From positions 308,512,001 to 308,576,000 of the forward strand of contig OZ024742.1 of the NCBI GenBank assembly GCA_964016885.1: DNA of 64,000 nt, given 5' to 3'. The notes below the pieces were generated by a model. That model saw nothing but the letters and a program-made list of their open reading frames with translations, was not told the origin of the DNA and ran no database searches. Positions within the stretch are counted from its first letter, which is position 1; each line of letters opens with the position of its first letter. The position numbers and the translations under genes were made by a program. Origin of the DNA: Eledone cirrhosa (Eukaryota). Positions 14,940 to 29,850 of the stretch are shown piece after piece.

Positions 14940-14980
<41 letters not shown>

Positions 14981-14996
14981 GAGAGAGAGAGAGATT

Positions 14997-15043
<47 letters not shown>

Positions 15044-15044
15044 A

Positions 15045-15250
15045 TAGGGAAGAGAGTCGGGAGGACCCCAACGGCTGAGCTGCGGCCGTTTCGATAGCTA
15101 GATCCGAACTCTAGCTGTCGAAACGGCCGGAGCTCAGCCGTCGGGGTCCTGACTCTCTTCCCAAATACCCACTGTACTACCCTAAGTATCGAGTACTCTG
15201 TTGCGTTATGGTCCATCTGTGGTAAGATATGGTATCTTACCCCACCATCT
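15045..15250. mobile_element. ~200-bp TA-flanked hairpin element, copy 1
   Basis: Palindrome GAGCT..GGCCGTTTCGA...TCGAAACGGCC..AGCTC plus tail ACCCACT.TACTACCCTAAGTAT.GAGTACTCTG. Confidence 0.8.
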
Positions 15251-15602
15251 TTATATATATGTGTGTGTGTGTGAGTGTGCGTGTGCGTAGGTGTGCGTGT
15301 GCGTAGGTGTATGTGTGTGTGTGTGTGTGTGAGTGTGCGTGTGCGTAGGTGTGTGTGTGTGAGTGTGCGTGTGCGTAGGTGTCTGTGTGTGTGTGTGTAT
15401 TGATTCGGAGATGGTCTGCCGCAAGAATAACGCTGATTTCACGGGCCATCTCAGTACGCAATCAGGCCATTAAAATATATATATACTATTTTTTGCAACC
15501 ATAAAACTTTAAAGGGATATCACCAGTCTGGCATTCTGGTGTTTTAATCAAATTAATATATATATGTGTGGGTCAGTGAGTGTGCATATGTGTGTGGTTG
15601 AG

Positions 15603-15744
<142 letters not shown>

Positions 15745-15984
15745 TATGTGTGTGTCTGGGGGGGCGTATGTGTGTGTCTGTGGGGGGGGGGGGTATGTGA
15801 GTGTCTGTGTGTGTGTGTGCAAAAGGCAAACAGAGACAATAAAGCAAATGACACAGTACAATGAAGAAATATATTAATTTAACGCTTGGTAAAGTAGGAA
15901 AAGTGTCTCAACATTTCGGCATGCTGCGTCCAAATAGGAAAATAATAAACAGAAGAATTATAATCAAGTAACACGGTGTAATAA

Positions 15985-16172
15985 TAATTGTTTATATTTT
16001 AGGCACAAGGCCAGCAATTACCCAGTACATTACTGGTACTTTATTTTATCGACCCCGTAAGGATGAAAGGCAAAGTTAACCTCGGCGGGATTTGAACTCA
16101 GATCATAACAGGACGTAACTCTATGCTTCAAAGCATGGTGTCCGACTCTCTATCGATGCTGCCAAACCACCA
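15985..16172 (-). mobile_element. SINE family B
   Basis: Family motifs intact. Confidence 0.88.
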
Positions 16173-16203
16173 CCCTCATATAATAATAATGTTTTCTGAT
16201 TTA

Positions 16204-16252
<49 letters not shown>

Positions 16253-16574
16253 CTATATATACATTGTGTCTTTGTGTGTGTGTGTGTGTGTGTGTGTACG
16301 TGATTCTGTGTGTGTGTGCATACAGTCACGTACACCCAACCTACACAACTCCCTGCACATTCAGAAGCAAATGAATCGCAAAAGATACCAATCATCTGTG
16401 ACTAACTAAAAAACCAAAAGCTGGAATACTAAAAATAAGATTTCTATGGAAAACCTAAAAGCACCAAACTACCAGCAACCCTTAGTTACTTAACTGCATA
16501 CTTGAAATAGTCTCGAATACTCTTAAAAGTTCTCCTTTTATACGAATATACCAATGGTACAAGAAAAGAATGTG

Positions 16575-16790
16575 TCAACATTGGATTCGCGATTGTGAAG
16601 TTACGAGTTTGTTTCCCTTATCAGGTGATGTGTAATGTTCTTGAGCAAGATGCTTTCTTTCATGCTGTTCATTTTGCTATGAGTTGCGATTCGTAGATAG
16701 CAATTTAAAGACCAATGAAATCATTGTTTCCTTGGTCCGATTTGACGAATCTCCCTCCCCCCACTCGTTAAGGTCTAGTCCCTTGTTGAT
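16575..16790 (+). mobile_element. SINE family A, diverged
   Basis: TTCTTGAGCAAGA body; tail ATTGTTTCCTTGGTCCGATTTGACGA shared with 20160-20190. Confidence 0.65.
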
Positions 16791-17729
16791 CAAATAAAAG
16801 AAAAGAAAAGAATTTTATATTTGGGGCGGGTCATGTTAGCAATTTTGGAATAATTTTGAATTATTGCTTAACCATATGTATTTATAATCTCATATCCTCT
16901 CCCGTAAAAACGTGTCACTTGCTACATATTCTACCACACCTCAAAACGTGACTAGAAAACACCTTGTAACCCATTAAACTGGGTAAACAGTTGGAAACAA
17001 TGGATAAAACTAAAATCCTTGGCTTATTTAACCTCTAGATATTACCGACTCGTCGTTCTTTTCGATAGTGACGTCGAAATAATTGGCCTTATTTACGTCA
17101 CAAGCATTCATTTTCACCTCCAGACAATCCTTGCATCTGTTGTATCCAAACGTCAGTATAGAAGTAAAACATGGACACTGAATTAGAAGTTAATTTATTA
17201 TGAATCCGACTGCTTATTCGAACTTAACGGGTCCAACAAGTGTGCCCTTGTGCTTTATTTTGATGCTTTTACTATTCCTAAACGAAATATATTTAAATTT
17301 CTGACAGAAAACCAGTTCTCTTACCCTTCCTTAACCAAATCTAGTTCTATACTGTTATTTAAGGTTGAGAAATTCTACACGTGCATGGTTTTTATTACCC
17401 CTATTCTATTTAATCAAGCCAAAAGTTCAGAGGTCGCTCCTATAAACCATATCACTAATATTACAATACTTAAAAGTCTATTTGTCGCTGTTATAACCTC
17501 ATTAACCAAAATAGATACACGTCTATTCGTGATATTTCTAGCCCGGCTATAAATCTACATTTATATGGTGTTTATGCAACTTCAGAATCCAGAACATTCT
17601 GAGAATACAACTATATCCTTCCTCTATCTAACATCCAATGAAACCTTCCAGCCCACGTTTAAGCCTTGCCACCAGTAGAGCGACATTCTTCGACACCAGC
17701 TAAGTTCCATTACCACTTACATTATAATT

Positions 17730-17850
17730 TTCTGAGTTCAAATCCCACCGAGGTTAACTTTGCCTTTCATCCTTACGGGATTGATAAAATAAAGTACCAG
17801 TAATGCACTGGGGTAATATCTGGCCTTGTGCCAAAAGTAGAAACAATTAT
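17730..17850 (+). mobile_element. SINE family B, 5'-truncated
   Basis: Family motifs. Confidence 0.85.
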
Positions 17851-17937
17851 AATTATTATCACCAAATTACTCCCGAGAGATCCGAACTGTCCATGTCTGT
17901 GTATTTTCCGAGTGTTTGTGTTTCATTTAATGATATA

Positions 17938-17985
<48 letters not shown>

Positions 17986-18008
17986 ATATGTGTGTGTATA
18001 TGTGTGTT

Positions 18009-18114
<106 letters not shown>

Positions 18115-18433
18115 TGTGTTTATATACGTTTGTATGTTTATATAGAGAGAGAGAGAGAAAAAGTGAGGGGGAGTGTGAGAGAGAGGTTAGAGAGAGAGAT
18201 TACGTATTATGTGCACAAATTTAATAGGCAGTATGTGGTCATAAGCTTTAACTTACTATACAAAAAGTCACAGAAGTCCGTTACCATTTCCTAACAATCT
18301 CTGATTACTATGTTTTCCGTTGCTGTCGTATTTGAAGTATCTGTTCACATTTCCAATGTACTAATGAGATATAACCTGATAAGTAATTACTACGTCTTTG
18401 CATTTCGGTTTTAAAGATCTGTTCAAAACGTTT

Positions 18434-18505
<72 letters not shown>

Positions 18506-19624
18506 CATTAGACTATAACTTTACATCACTTGACTAGAACGAGTCTAACTTCAACAGAAACTAGTTACAATTGCTAGAACCATAATGATCGCCAATGACC
18601 TCAATAAAAGAGGACAGCAATAGAACTGGTCGTTAGATCAGACCAAGATATTTACGTTTCCATCGATCTTTCCATTGTCGATACTATCTACTGGTCTCAC
18701 CTTCTGGCAGAAAGAGGAGAGGTTTGATCTCAGAATGCCCTTTAACAATTTCCGTCAACCCATGTTCACTTTCAAGACCCGAGGCTGTAGCAAATGACAT
18801 TTTCCCAAGATGTTACGCAATGATATCGAACCCGGGACCGAATGGTTATGAAGCGAGATCCTTAATCATTCAACTATGCTGCGTCCACTTTCCGGAGGAC
18901 CGGAGTATGAAGACAGGAATTATTAACTGAGTGAAAATGGGTGTAGAAACAATTATTTTAATGTATGAAGATGTAGTCAATGTTTAAGAAAGAGAAAGAA
19001 AATTTAGAAGACGACAATGACAAATGGTTTAGGTTAAGGAATCATTGAAGATAGAGATTAAGAGATTCTCTTTTATTAAAACCACTGGCTCAAATGATAA
19101 ATTAGATCAACAGGATGGCTGTTTAATTTAATCTAGAATGTGATATGGAACAGATGACATTGCAACTCACATTATATGGCAATGTTCATAGTTAGAACAA
19201 AATGAATACAAAATATATTAGACACCAAAAAATGGCTGCAATAATTCCCTGGAATGTATGCAAGTAATACAGTGTTTTGTGCAAAGAAGAGTGTTATAAC
19301 AATTTTATGTGGGAATCGAAGTGAAAAGGATGTCATGAGCCTGCTAAGGATTTTTGTCATACAAACCACATGAATTATAAAACACAAGCTGAATATAGTG
19401 ATGGATGATGAACAAATGTGTCTAGTAATTAAATTGAAATGGTCTTCTCATATCAGATTCAAGAAAAATGGGGATAAAAGAAATAATTAGGGTAAAAAAT
19501 AAACAGCATGGAAAGACCTTAATATGAGAAACGACAAAATTGCATGCTGCCTTCGGATAGGGAATGTAATTAAATTGATTACAACATTGGTACTGTGTAA
19601 CCGTAGTGCTACTATTACTACTAT

Positions 19625-20205
19625 CTAATTCAGGCACAAGGCTAGCAATTTAGGGGTAAAGAAAGTCAACAACATCAACCCAAAGACTGATACGTTATTG
19701 TCATGACCACAAAAGGATGAAAGGCAACGTTGACCTTGGCGGGATTTGAAATGTTATTATTGTTGCTGTTGTTAAAAGGGAGTTAGTTTGACAGAATCAA
19801 TGGAGGACCGAACAAACACTTCGTTACACCACCTTACGTTCTGGGTTCAAATCTGAGGTCAACTTTGCCTTTCATCCTTCCGAGTTTGATAAAATAAAGT
19901 ACCAGTTAAGTACTGAGGTCGATTTAATCGGCTTTCCCACCCCCTGAAAAATTACGGTCCTTGTATGTAGAAATATTTATTGTGTTTTATATATATATGT
20001 GGCTGAGGTGTTAGAGAATTGGACTCACAATCGTGAGGTTATGAGTTCGATTCACGGACCGGGTGATGCCTTTGAGCAAGATATTTTATTTCACGTTGCT
20101 CCTTCTGCCTGGAATTGCGACGGGTAGATTGTATTAGCAATTGGACAGACTAATGGAAACATTGTTTCCTTGGTCCGATTTGACGAGCTCCACCCCACTT
20201 GTTAA
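19625..20205. mobile_element. SINE cluster: B(-) 19625-19750, B(+) 19775-19975, A(+) 19998-20205
   Basis: Family motifs; the A copy has GTGGCTGAGGTGTTAG and GAGTTCGATTC. Confidence 0.75.
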
Positions 20206-21052
20206 GCGAATGAGGTATGGTATCTTGTTATATATATATGTATATAATTAAGATTACTCTCTTTGCTACATCTGAGTATTACGGATTGCCGCAGATCATG
20301 TAACGTTGGAGCACTTATTCGTCGTGTCGGCAAACCCAAACGTACTGATTTACACAAACACCCAGATATATATATATGTGTGTGTGTGTATGTGTTTGTT
20401 TGTTTGTTTGTGTGTGTGTGTGTGTGTGTGAGTGAGTGAGAGAGAGAAGGGGAAAGCGACGAAGAGAGAGAGAGAATTGCCATAAGGAATTTAAAATCTA
20501 ACATTTCCGACCGATCAGATCATTTTGTACTATTTTATTCTGTATCTTTCCGACTTGAGTACTATCCTCCAGACAAAGCAAGACACATATAAACTTCTTA
20601 CAAAGATGAATATTGCCTTATGAACTACAAATTTAAGCAGATTCCGAATACGTTTTGAAATGACGATATAATTACTAGGGTCTTGTGTCAATGAATAAGT
20701 ATAGAAATAACATTGAAATTGCTTGGAAGAATGTTACTCTGAAAACGATGAATACACCAGTGATTGATAAGACAAGGCCTTGTGGGAATGTTATTCTACT
20801 TGTTTTAGACTTGGTTACGTTACTTTACTGTTATTTCTTTCTTTGCAAATTTATACTAAATATAAGCTCCTTAATTTCATTATGTAGTATTATATAGACA
20901 CACCTGCTCATACACATATGCATGCACGAACATCTACAGACACTCATAAAATTCACAAACATACAGAGAGAGAGAGACGAGAGAGAGAGACTATGTACGT
21001 GCGTAGGTGTGTTTGACAGAGAGAAAGGGAGAGAGAGTGAGACAGAAAGAGG

Positions 21053-21170
<118 letters not shown>

Positions 21171-22559
21171 CTGGGCGAAAAAGTTGCTGTGTCTTATTTT
21201 AGTTTTAATGGATTTCAATGATGTCCACAAATACCGACCGACCGGCCGGAAGAGAATATAATTAAATATAACAAATTAAATATAAATTAATAAATAATCA
21301 ACCCAAAATCTATATATTTCGTTATATAACATATTTTCTTTTCACTTAAATTATCCAAGTCTTTATTCATGAAGAAAAGCCAATCGCATCAATGGAGAAC
21401 ATTAAAAATTAATAACAACTTTACCAGCATCAAAAATTCACCAATATTGATATTCAAGCTATACGCTGTAAATTAACTTGTTGAAACATGCAAAGAATGT
21501 CTTTTTTTGTTTGTTTGTTTTAGTTTGGTTTTTGTTTGTTTTGTTTGTTTGTTTGTTTTTGATATTTTTTGTAATTTTTTTTTACATTTATTTTATAGAA
21601 AAAAATAACCGCTTAACTCTTAGAAACGTTCTTAATGACGTCAATAGCTTCGGTAGTAATAATCAAATGGATAGTGATTATGTTAATTGCGTCTGTTATA
21701 TTGATTGATTTTAGCTTAACTATTCGGACTGATGGAGAGCACTAGTACTAATTGGATAGTCGACTAATTTCATAATTTCATAATACAGTAGGTAGGTAGA
21801 AAGATATGTGTGTGACAATTCAGTTGGTAGATATCAATTTGTTCTTATGAGAAAAAAGAAAAAAAAAACTTTCTCAGAATTATTATTCATTATATATTTA
21901 TACATACATGTGCATAAAACAGAATATGTAATGATACACACACACACATATATATATATGTGTATGTGTGTGTGTATGTGTGTGTGTGTGTGTGTTGGAC
22001 CTCGATCATTTACGACGACTGGTGTTCTAGTTGGTCCAATCTCATCGTTGTAAGAAGAAGAAGAAGAAGAAGAACTCACGACCCTACGATCGAGAGCTGA
22101 ACAGCCTATCCACTATGTGTGAATGTGTATGTGTGTATGTGCATGTGTGTATGTGTATGTGTGTATGTATGTGTGTGTATGTATGTGTGTGTGTATATGT
22201 ATGTGTGTGTGTAATTCTTTCTTTCACAACCCTACTCAACTATAATAAACAAAGCTAAACCACCTATAACACACCACATGATGTACAATTATCTAGTTAA
22301 ATAACATTAAAAATAAATCACAAAAGCAAGATTATCATCTACACATGTCAGTAGCATATTACAATATGCATCATCTTTCCTTGTACAACTAACTAACAAT
22401 AAAACACAACATATGGATGTATATGTGTGTATATGTTCATGTGTGTGTATGTATGTGTGAATGTGTATGTGTGTATGTATGTATGTGGGTGAGTCCTCTA
22501 GATAAAATGTTGAAGCCGTTAGTGAGCACATTTCTTTTAAATGAAATATATAGCATTAA

Positions 22560-22855
22560 CAGGCGGCGAATTGGCAGAGTCGTTAGAACGTCAGATAGAA
22601 TGTTTTATGGTTTTCGTTCTGGCTCTACTCTCTGCTCTCTAATTTCAAATCCTGCGAGGTCAACTTCAAATCCTTTCGAGGTCGATAAAAAAAAGTATTA
22701 GTGGGGTCGATTGTTTCTCTATATCTCTTTCTCATTTCCTCTCTCTCACTTTCTATCTTTCTCTGGAAGAAATCTGCTATATTCAGGCCTGGAGAGGGAT
22801 GGGTTCCGCCAGATTTAAAATGCCCCTACGATTCTATAAGGAGTTACGGGACCAC
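22560..22855 (+). mobile_element. SINE family B, long-tail variant
   Basis: Head GGCGGCGAATTGGCAG; tail AAATCTGCT...CCCCTACGA...AGGAGTTACGGG shared with 43057-43390. Confidence 0.75.
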
Positions 22856-23244
22856 ACACACACATAACATTAATTAAGTTTTCATTTGCTGTTTCGAGTA
22901 AAATGTGACTTAGCAAAAATAAATGAACGATTAGATAGAGTTGAACCAATGTTGAATTTTACAGCGGTCGGAATTAACTGCGTGGAATATATATAATAAT
23001 GAGTGGTGTAGAGTTTCTCTTCATTTGGCAGAGGATTGGCCGAGCGAAGAAGTTGAGGTGACGTGGGTGAGAGATAGATAGAAATAGAGATAGAGAGTGA
23101 AAGAGATTACACTAACCAACACTCATTTTACTTCCTATGACAACAGACCGGTACTTGGGTGTATTTGGGGTATTGATTCCAAATATTCAAACAATTTTGA
23201 TTTTGATTTTTTTTGTATAGATATATATATATATATATATTGTA

Positions 23245-23997
23245 AATTCTAGCGGCTTCCCGCCTACATTAGTAATCTTCTCTGGCTTCTTAATATTCTC
23301 TACCAGATATTTTGTCTCAATCTCATTCATTCTCAGCCCCACACTCATCGACACAGTCTCTACCTCCTGCATCAAATCCTCTGCCGCCTTCACTGTGTTT
23401 GTCATCAAAACTATGTCTGTCACTAGAATTGGTTGAGGACTTCCTGTATATGAGAGCAAAGATTGGGAATACGGAAGATGATGTGGTCGAGAGGAAGAGA
23501 AAAGACTGGGAGGCGTGTCAGTGTGGAAGTCAGACCTTCGTAAAAACCTGAAGATCCGCCTCTTCGTTGCTGTAGTGGAGTCTGTGCTGCTGTACGGGTC
23601 TGAGACTTGGATACTGACCAAGAAACTCACTAAGATGGTGGATGGGTGCTACACGAGAATGCTGAGGATGGCTCAGAACATTAATCAGTATACACTGAGG
23701 ATGAAGAACTCAGAGCTGTACGGGAGCCTCCCAAAAATCAGCTCAAAAGTGACACAGAGGCGATTGAGTTTAGCTGGCCATACTCACCGACATCCAGAGT
23801 TGACACTGCACTCAGTGCACCTGTGGATCCCCTGCATGGACACACTGGAAGAGGAAGACCGAAGTTAACATATGTTGATGCCCTAAGGACAGACACTGTT
23901 ATGTTGGGGACGCAGGACATGGTACCGATAATGAGGGACAGAGACCGCTGGAGAGAGCTCCATGGATCTCGGGAATTTTACCCGCCCTAGATAGATA
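23245..23997 (+). mobile_element. RTE-clade LINE 3' fragment with inverted 5' segment (23245-23422 is on minus)
   Basis: Minus part encodes DIVLMTN..VGLRMN..TKY..GGKPLE. Plus part encodes LELVEDFLY..SVLLYGSETWILTK..LSLAGH, with frameshifts. It ends CCCGCCCTAG-ATAGATA. Confidence 0.9.
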
Positions 23998-24083
23998 TTG
24001 TCAATAAAAATCAAAGAGTGTTTAAAACATTTAATCACGATCGTTTCATCTCCTAACACAAAGCCGGATTAGTCGGAGTACAT

Positions 24084-24270
24084 AATTGTTTCTACTTTAG
24101 GCACAAGGCCAGCAATTATCCAGTGCATTACTGGTACTTTATTTTATCGACCCCGTAAGGATGAAAGGCAAAGTCAACCTCGGCGGGATTTGAACTCAGA
24201 CCGTAAAGGGGCGTAACTGTGCTGGAAAGCATGGCGTCCGACCTTCTACCGATACTGCTAATCCACCGCC
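24084..24270 (-). mobile_element. SINE family B, full length, with target site duplication
   Basis: AGTCGGA(G/A)TACATAAT at 24071 and 24271. Confidence 0.92.
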
Positions 24271-24479
24271 AGTCGGAATACATAATAAAGGTCAAAACAG
24301 AAATATAACATCAAAACTTTGTCACACAAGAACATCGGGAGGATACATAATATGGGAAGTAAGCATAATTATCAACATTTATATAAGATTTTGTTATTCG
24401 TGTGTATGCCTATGTATGCATATATATATATATATGGGGGCGCGAGGGGGGGGGGGGGGTTAAAGTAATGTCAAAAATA

Positions 24480-24610
24480 ACAAAACAAACTACCCAGTAC
24501 ATAGAGAAATATATAAGTTTAACGTTTGAAATAGCAGGAGAGTCTTAGCGTATCAGACCCTAATCCTTCATCAGAAGATAGAGTTAGAAATAGAAAACAA
24601 ATAGAAGGTA
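24480..24610 (-). mobile_element. PLE pseudo-LTR-like repeat with degenerate hammerhead (24543-24578)
   Basis: Minus strand reads TCTT-CTGATGA-A-GGAT TAGG GTCT-GATA-CGCT-AAGA, with GAAA mutated. Homologous to ~11915-12055. Confidence 0.65.
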
Positions 24611-24658
24611 GAGTGATGAGAACGGAGAAAATGACAAACAAAATTGGGGAGAAAAAAC

Positions 24659-24702
<44 letters not shown>

Positions 24703-25399
24703 GGGGGGGGGTCGTGCATGTAGAGAGAAGTGGGGCTGCACTAACAAAGACAGATCCTAATTAGCGCTATATTCGTGTTCTTTGTAGTCGTACGTTGTAA
24801 TTTTTGTGGAGGAGGGTAGTGGGTTAACTTTTGCACCAGGGTCTCTTATTTGTACCTCTAGTTATTTGTTTACTAACGTATATAATGAAATCATTAACTA
24901 AAGAAAACACTTTTCCAATTTAGTTATTTGAGAATTATTAGACAACTGTCGTCGAGAATACATTGTCTTTAAGATTGTTATAACATTTATCGATTAAATA
25001 CCTATTTTTTAGTACGTTGTCGATATTAGAGAATTTTGCAAAAGGTTCCTCTTAATCCGTAAAGTATATATGGAACGTCATCTTAATACTTGCACTACAT
25101 TCAATTCTGCAAAGTCTCCATTGTCTCTGTGATAGTTAGTAGATAATTTTGACGGCTATTTTAAAAGATTTGCTCTTAGTTTCTTTCTAGACAAGAACCA
25201 CTGAACAAAAGAATATACGTCAAGTGTCAGAGCCGTAATTTGGTTCTTTGTGTCTTTATTGGTTTTATAATCCACTGTCCACTTCTTACTTTTACATGGC
25301 AGTTTCTAATCATATGGACAGTCATTCTTTGATTTTATCTCAAATATTCTATCTGATGTCGGAGAAGGCGGGGGCCGTTTTTGTGCTTGTGCGTCTAAA

Positions 25400-25597
25400 A
25401 GTATGTGTGTGTATGTGTATGTGAGTGTGTGTGAATATGTGTATTCAGTGCTTGTGTGTCTACAAGTGTGTGTGTGTGTATGTGTGTGTATGTGTGTGTA
25501 TGTGTGAGTATGTGCGAGTGTGTGTGTTCAGTGCTTGTGGGTCTACAAGTGTGTGTGTGTGTGTATATACATATATATATATATGTATATGTATATA

Positions 25598-25667
<70 letters not shown>

Positions 25668-25689
25668 CATACATACATACATACATACA

Positions 25690-25721
<32 letters not shown>

Positions 25722-26095
25722 CGTGTCTGTGCGTGTATGTGTGAGTATGTGCGCGTATGTGTATTCAGTGCTTGTGCCTCTACATGTGTGTGTGTATGTG
25801 TGTATGTATGTGTGCGTGTATCTGTGTCTGTATGTTTTGTGTGCGAGTATATACATGCGTGTGTAAATGTGAGTGCATGGATATGTGTTTACGTGTGCGT
25901 ATGTGTGTATGTGTGCTTATGCGAACGTATGCATACGTGTATGTATGCGTGTGTAAATGTGCCTGTATGTGTGTCTGTGTATGTTTGTGCGTGTGTCTGA
26001 GTGCGCGACAGACAGAGTATATACCTGCGAGTCGTCGGAATTACGTTATTTGTGGTTGTGTGTTTATGTATATGTGTGTATATGTGTGTATATGC
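25400..26095. repeat. TG/TA/CATA low-complexity block
   Basis: Seen directly. Confidence 0.9.
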
Positions 26096-26416
26096 AATAT
26101 TTGAATATTTGAACGAGGAAATAAACAGAGAGTAAATATATCTAAGTGAAAGAAGAAGTGAAAGTTCCTCGTTCACTCTGACTATCTTCACTATCACTAT
26201 ATATAATCGTTCTTTCTTTCTTCTTCTCTCTTTCTCCTTCATTTTCTTCTCTCCCTTATATATCCTCTTCTTCCAACAGTTTAATTTAAATAAACCGTTA
26301 TCTTTTCAACTTTTCTGACATTCATTTGCATACTCACTCATAACTTTGTATTAAGCCCAATAAAATATTATCTCCACTATCCAGGAAGCTCCAACCGTTA
26401 AGGTTGTCTTTTTTCC

Positions 26417-26554
26417 GGGTATGTCAATATTTATTTATAAAACAAATCTGTATTTTATCTGATCAAAGCGCACCATAATTTGCCTTGGTGGCCCTTGAAA
26501 TATATATAATAGAATAAATATGGTTTTATAAATATAGTTTCCATTTATTAATAT

Positions 26555-26560
<6 letters not shown>
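26417..26560 (+). mobile_element. diverged single-arm copy of the 14572 cassette, hammerhead core mutated to CTGATCA
   Basis: Shares TCAATATTTATTTATAAAAC and ATAAATATGGTTTTATAAATATAGTTTCCATTT; stems I-III are retained. Confidence 0.8.
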
Positions 26561-27223
<663 letters not shown>

Positions 27224-27570
27224 GTGTGTGTGCGTGTATTTGTGTGTGTGTGTGTGTGTGAACGTGTGTATGTGTGGGAAGTGGAGATATATTGGACAAG
27301 CTATATTGTGTTTATTCAGGGCACGATATATATTTATTTTTATCAATAAATCATGAATTATTATTTCTGCTGAACTAGTGGCCATTATTTTTGGTCTATT
27401 TTATGTATTTAGTATATACATACACAGACATATATGTATATATATATATATATACAGAGAGAGAGAGTGGGGGGGGTGGGGGAGAGGAAGAGGACTGACA
27501 GAAAAAAAGTGAAAGAGTTATTTCTGTTTGTGTATGCGTGTATGTGCATATGTATGTTTGTATATGTATT

Positions 27571-27610
<40 letters not shown>

Positions 27611-28051
27611 TCAACATTGCTGTTGTAAATATTTCAATGTTAATTTTACAATAATATATATATATATTTATTTCGAAATTTTATCTAATTTCTTTCCCGT
27701 TGAGTGATGGATATTTCCTTATTTACTTCTCTTTTCTCTGCTATTTCTGAATAATTCAATTTCATTCTATTTCTGCATTCTCTGCTGGATATACTCTTTT
27801 TTTGAAGATAGCCATAAATAATTTTTAGGGCAACTCATAATATATCGATAAGTCGACAAATGTTCGTAAATTAGACTAAACGTCCCGGCGGGCTGACTAC
27901 ACGTAAATATCTCGTAGAAACTTTCATTTGAAACCATCACGTTCCATAAGCAGTTATCATCTGTTTATTTTATTGCCATTTCCAATTCTCTCCCTTTCTC
28001 CCCCCCCCCCCTATATGTCTCTTGCTTTCTTTCCCTCTCTGTATATATTTA

Positions 28052-28243
28052 TAATCGTTTCTACTTTTGGCACAAGGCCTGCAATTATCCCAGTGCATTA
28101 TTGATACCTTATTTTATCAACCCCGTTAAGATGAAAGAGAAAGCTAACCTTGGCGGGATTTGAACTCAGACCATAAAGGGCCGTAACTCTTTGCTGCAAA
28201 GTATGGCGTCCGACCTTCTACCGATACTGACAATCCACCGCCA
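28052..28243 (-). mobile_element. SINE family B
   Basis: Family motifs, full length. Confidence 0.88.
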
Positions 28244-28539
28244 TAATGGGTGTGTGATATATTTGTGTATTCTTTTATTGGTTTCAATCAGTAGACTGCG
28301 GTTGTGCTGGGGCTGCGTCTTCATAAGATTCAGCCGATGATATCAACCCCATAATCAGACTGAGAGAGTATTTCTATTTAAAACCTTCATGTTGAGTGCT
28401 CCTTTCGGGCATTTTCACATTGATCCTATGTCGACACTCATGAATGCATATGTGCTTTAAAAAACTTTCTATATATTAATAACACACTCTCTCATCCTGT
28501 CGCAAGGGAATAAATATATAAATATTTTCTTGGTAACTA

Positions 28540-29850
28540 TCTGGAAGAGAAACTTAACCAGAATTGACGATTCAGGATGGAACAATACTGAGTTTGAATG
28601 ACCAAGAGATCGTGTCTCACAATATCAAGACTATTTTTGAAGGATATAATGGTAAATAATTTATATGTAGGAAATATTGCCTCAAGACAGAAATTATATT
28701 GAAATAGAGTTACTAAGGAGCTAAAACTAGCAGGTACTACACATCCATACAATTCTTACAATGTGATTGGATCAATTATGAAAGAACTCATAAGATAATT
28801 CATCAAACCAGGATAACAAAATGAATTGAGATAATAGAGATAACAGTGAACACAAAATTGATTGAAATGCTTATGAGTAAACGGCAAATAAAATTAATCT
28901 ATTTTAAAGAGCTGAATGTGTGAAAAGAATAAATATTTGGGGTGAAATGTGGAGAGTGATGGTTTAACCAATTTTCTTCGTTTGATACAGATGACATTTT
29001 TTACAAAACCACCAAGAGCGGTATACGTTGGGTATATAATCAGAATTCGACAGCATGAGGTCAGTAACTTCTTTATGGATCAGTTGAAACAGCTCGTAAA
29101 GAATAAAGATCCATCAAATATTTAATGCTAAAGGGGGACATTGAAGTTAAAGTTATTGTGGCGTTTTAGGAAAGGTGAAAGAAAGAAATGGAATACAATT
29201 ATGATATAAGTAAACATTACAACAGGAAAATATATGAGGTTCTTAATATGCAATAGAGTTTGATGAGATAAACGAAAATAATATTAAAGTAAATATCACC
29301 AATAAATAATTCAGGAGGTTAACCTCGGTTCCAATACTTAAGCCAAATGATAAAGATATGACTAGTTGTTACGACATGTCATATGACCTTGATGTTGAGT
29401 GAATCAAACAATAACATAAAATAAACGAAGGCCTGAATCTTTTATTAGTATATTCTTATGAGAGGGGTAGTGTCCATATCTTTCCCAAGTCCTTCTAAGC
29501 AGATGACGTTGATGTCGGTAACGTTCCGCTTAGAATGTTATAAGGCAATCACTGCAGAAAAGATGTGCACGAAGAGAACGACGTACGGAGGAGAAATAAC
29601 GGGCATAGTGGTTAATGCATTGTTTGGGAGCTGGACACAACACAGATGATGTGAGAAAATATCACTGCACCAAGAATACAACTCGGTGAAGATAGTACAA
29701 GTCCAGTGACCGCTAAGGAGCAAAGGGCATTTTCATAGAAGTAAAAAAGGCAGAAAGAGAGAAAAGACAACATAACTGTTGGACAGACGCTGGTGTAGAT
29801 TTTTGAGTAACTTCATAGAAATTAGTTGAGTGGCTCTTCTTGACAACGAT
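28540..29850 (+). mobile_element. highly decayed LINE-like sequence
   Basis: A-rich coding-like strand bias with no open frame; a possible relic of GVPQGS near 29310. Confidence 0.25.

Larger units (their letters stand above)
14572..14945. mobile_element. palindromic cassette with ~184-bp arms, each arm carrying a hammerhead
   Basis: Arms 14572-14755 and 14762-14945, spacer CTATCC, 3 mismatches counted by eye. The right end runs into (TA)n. Confidence 0.9.
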
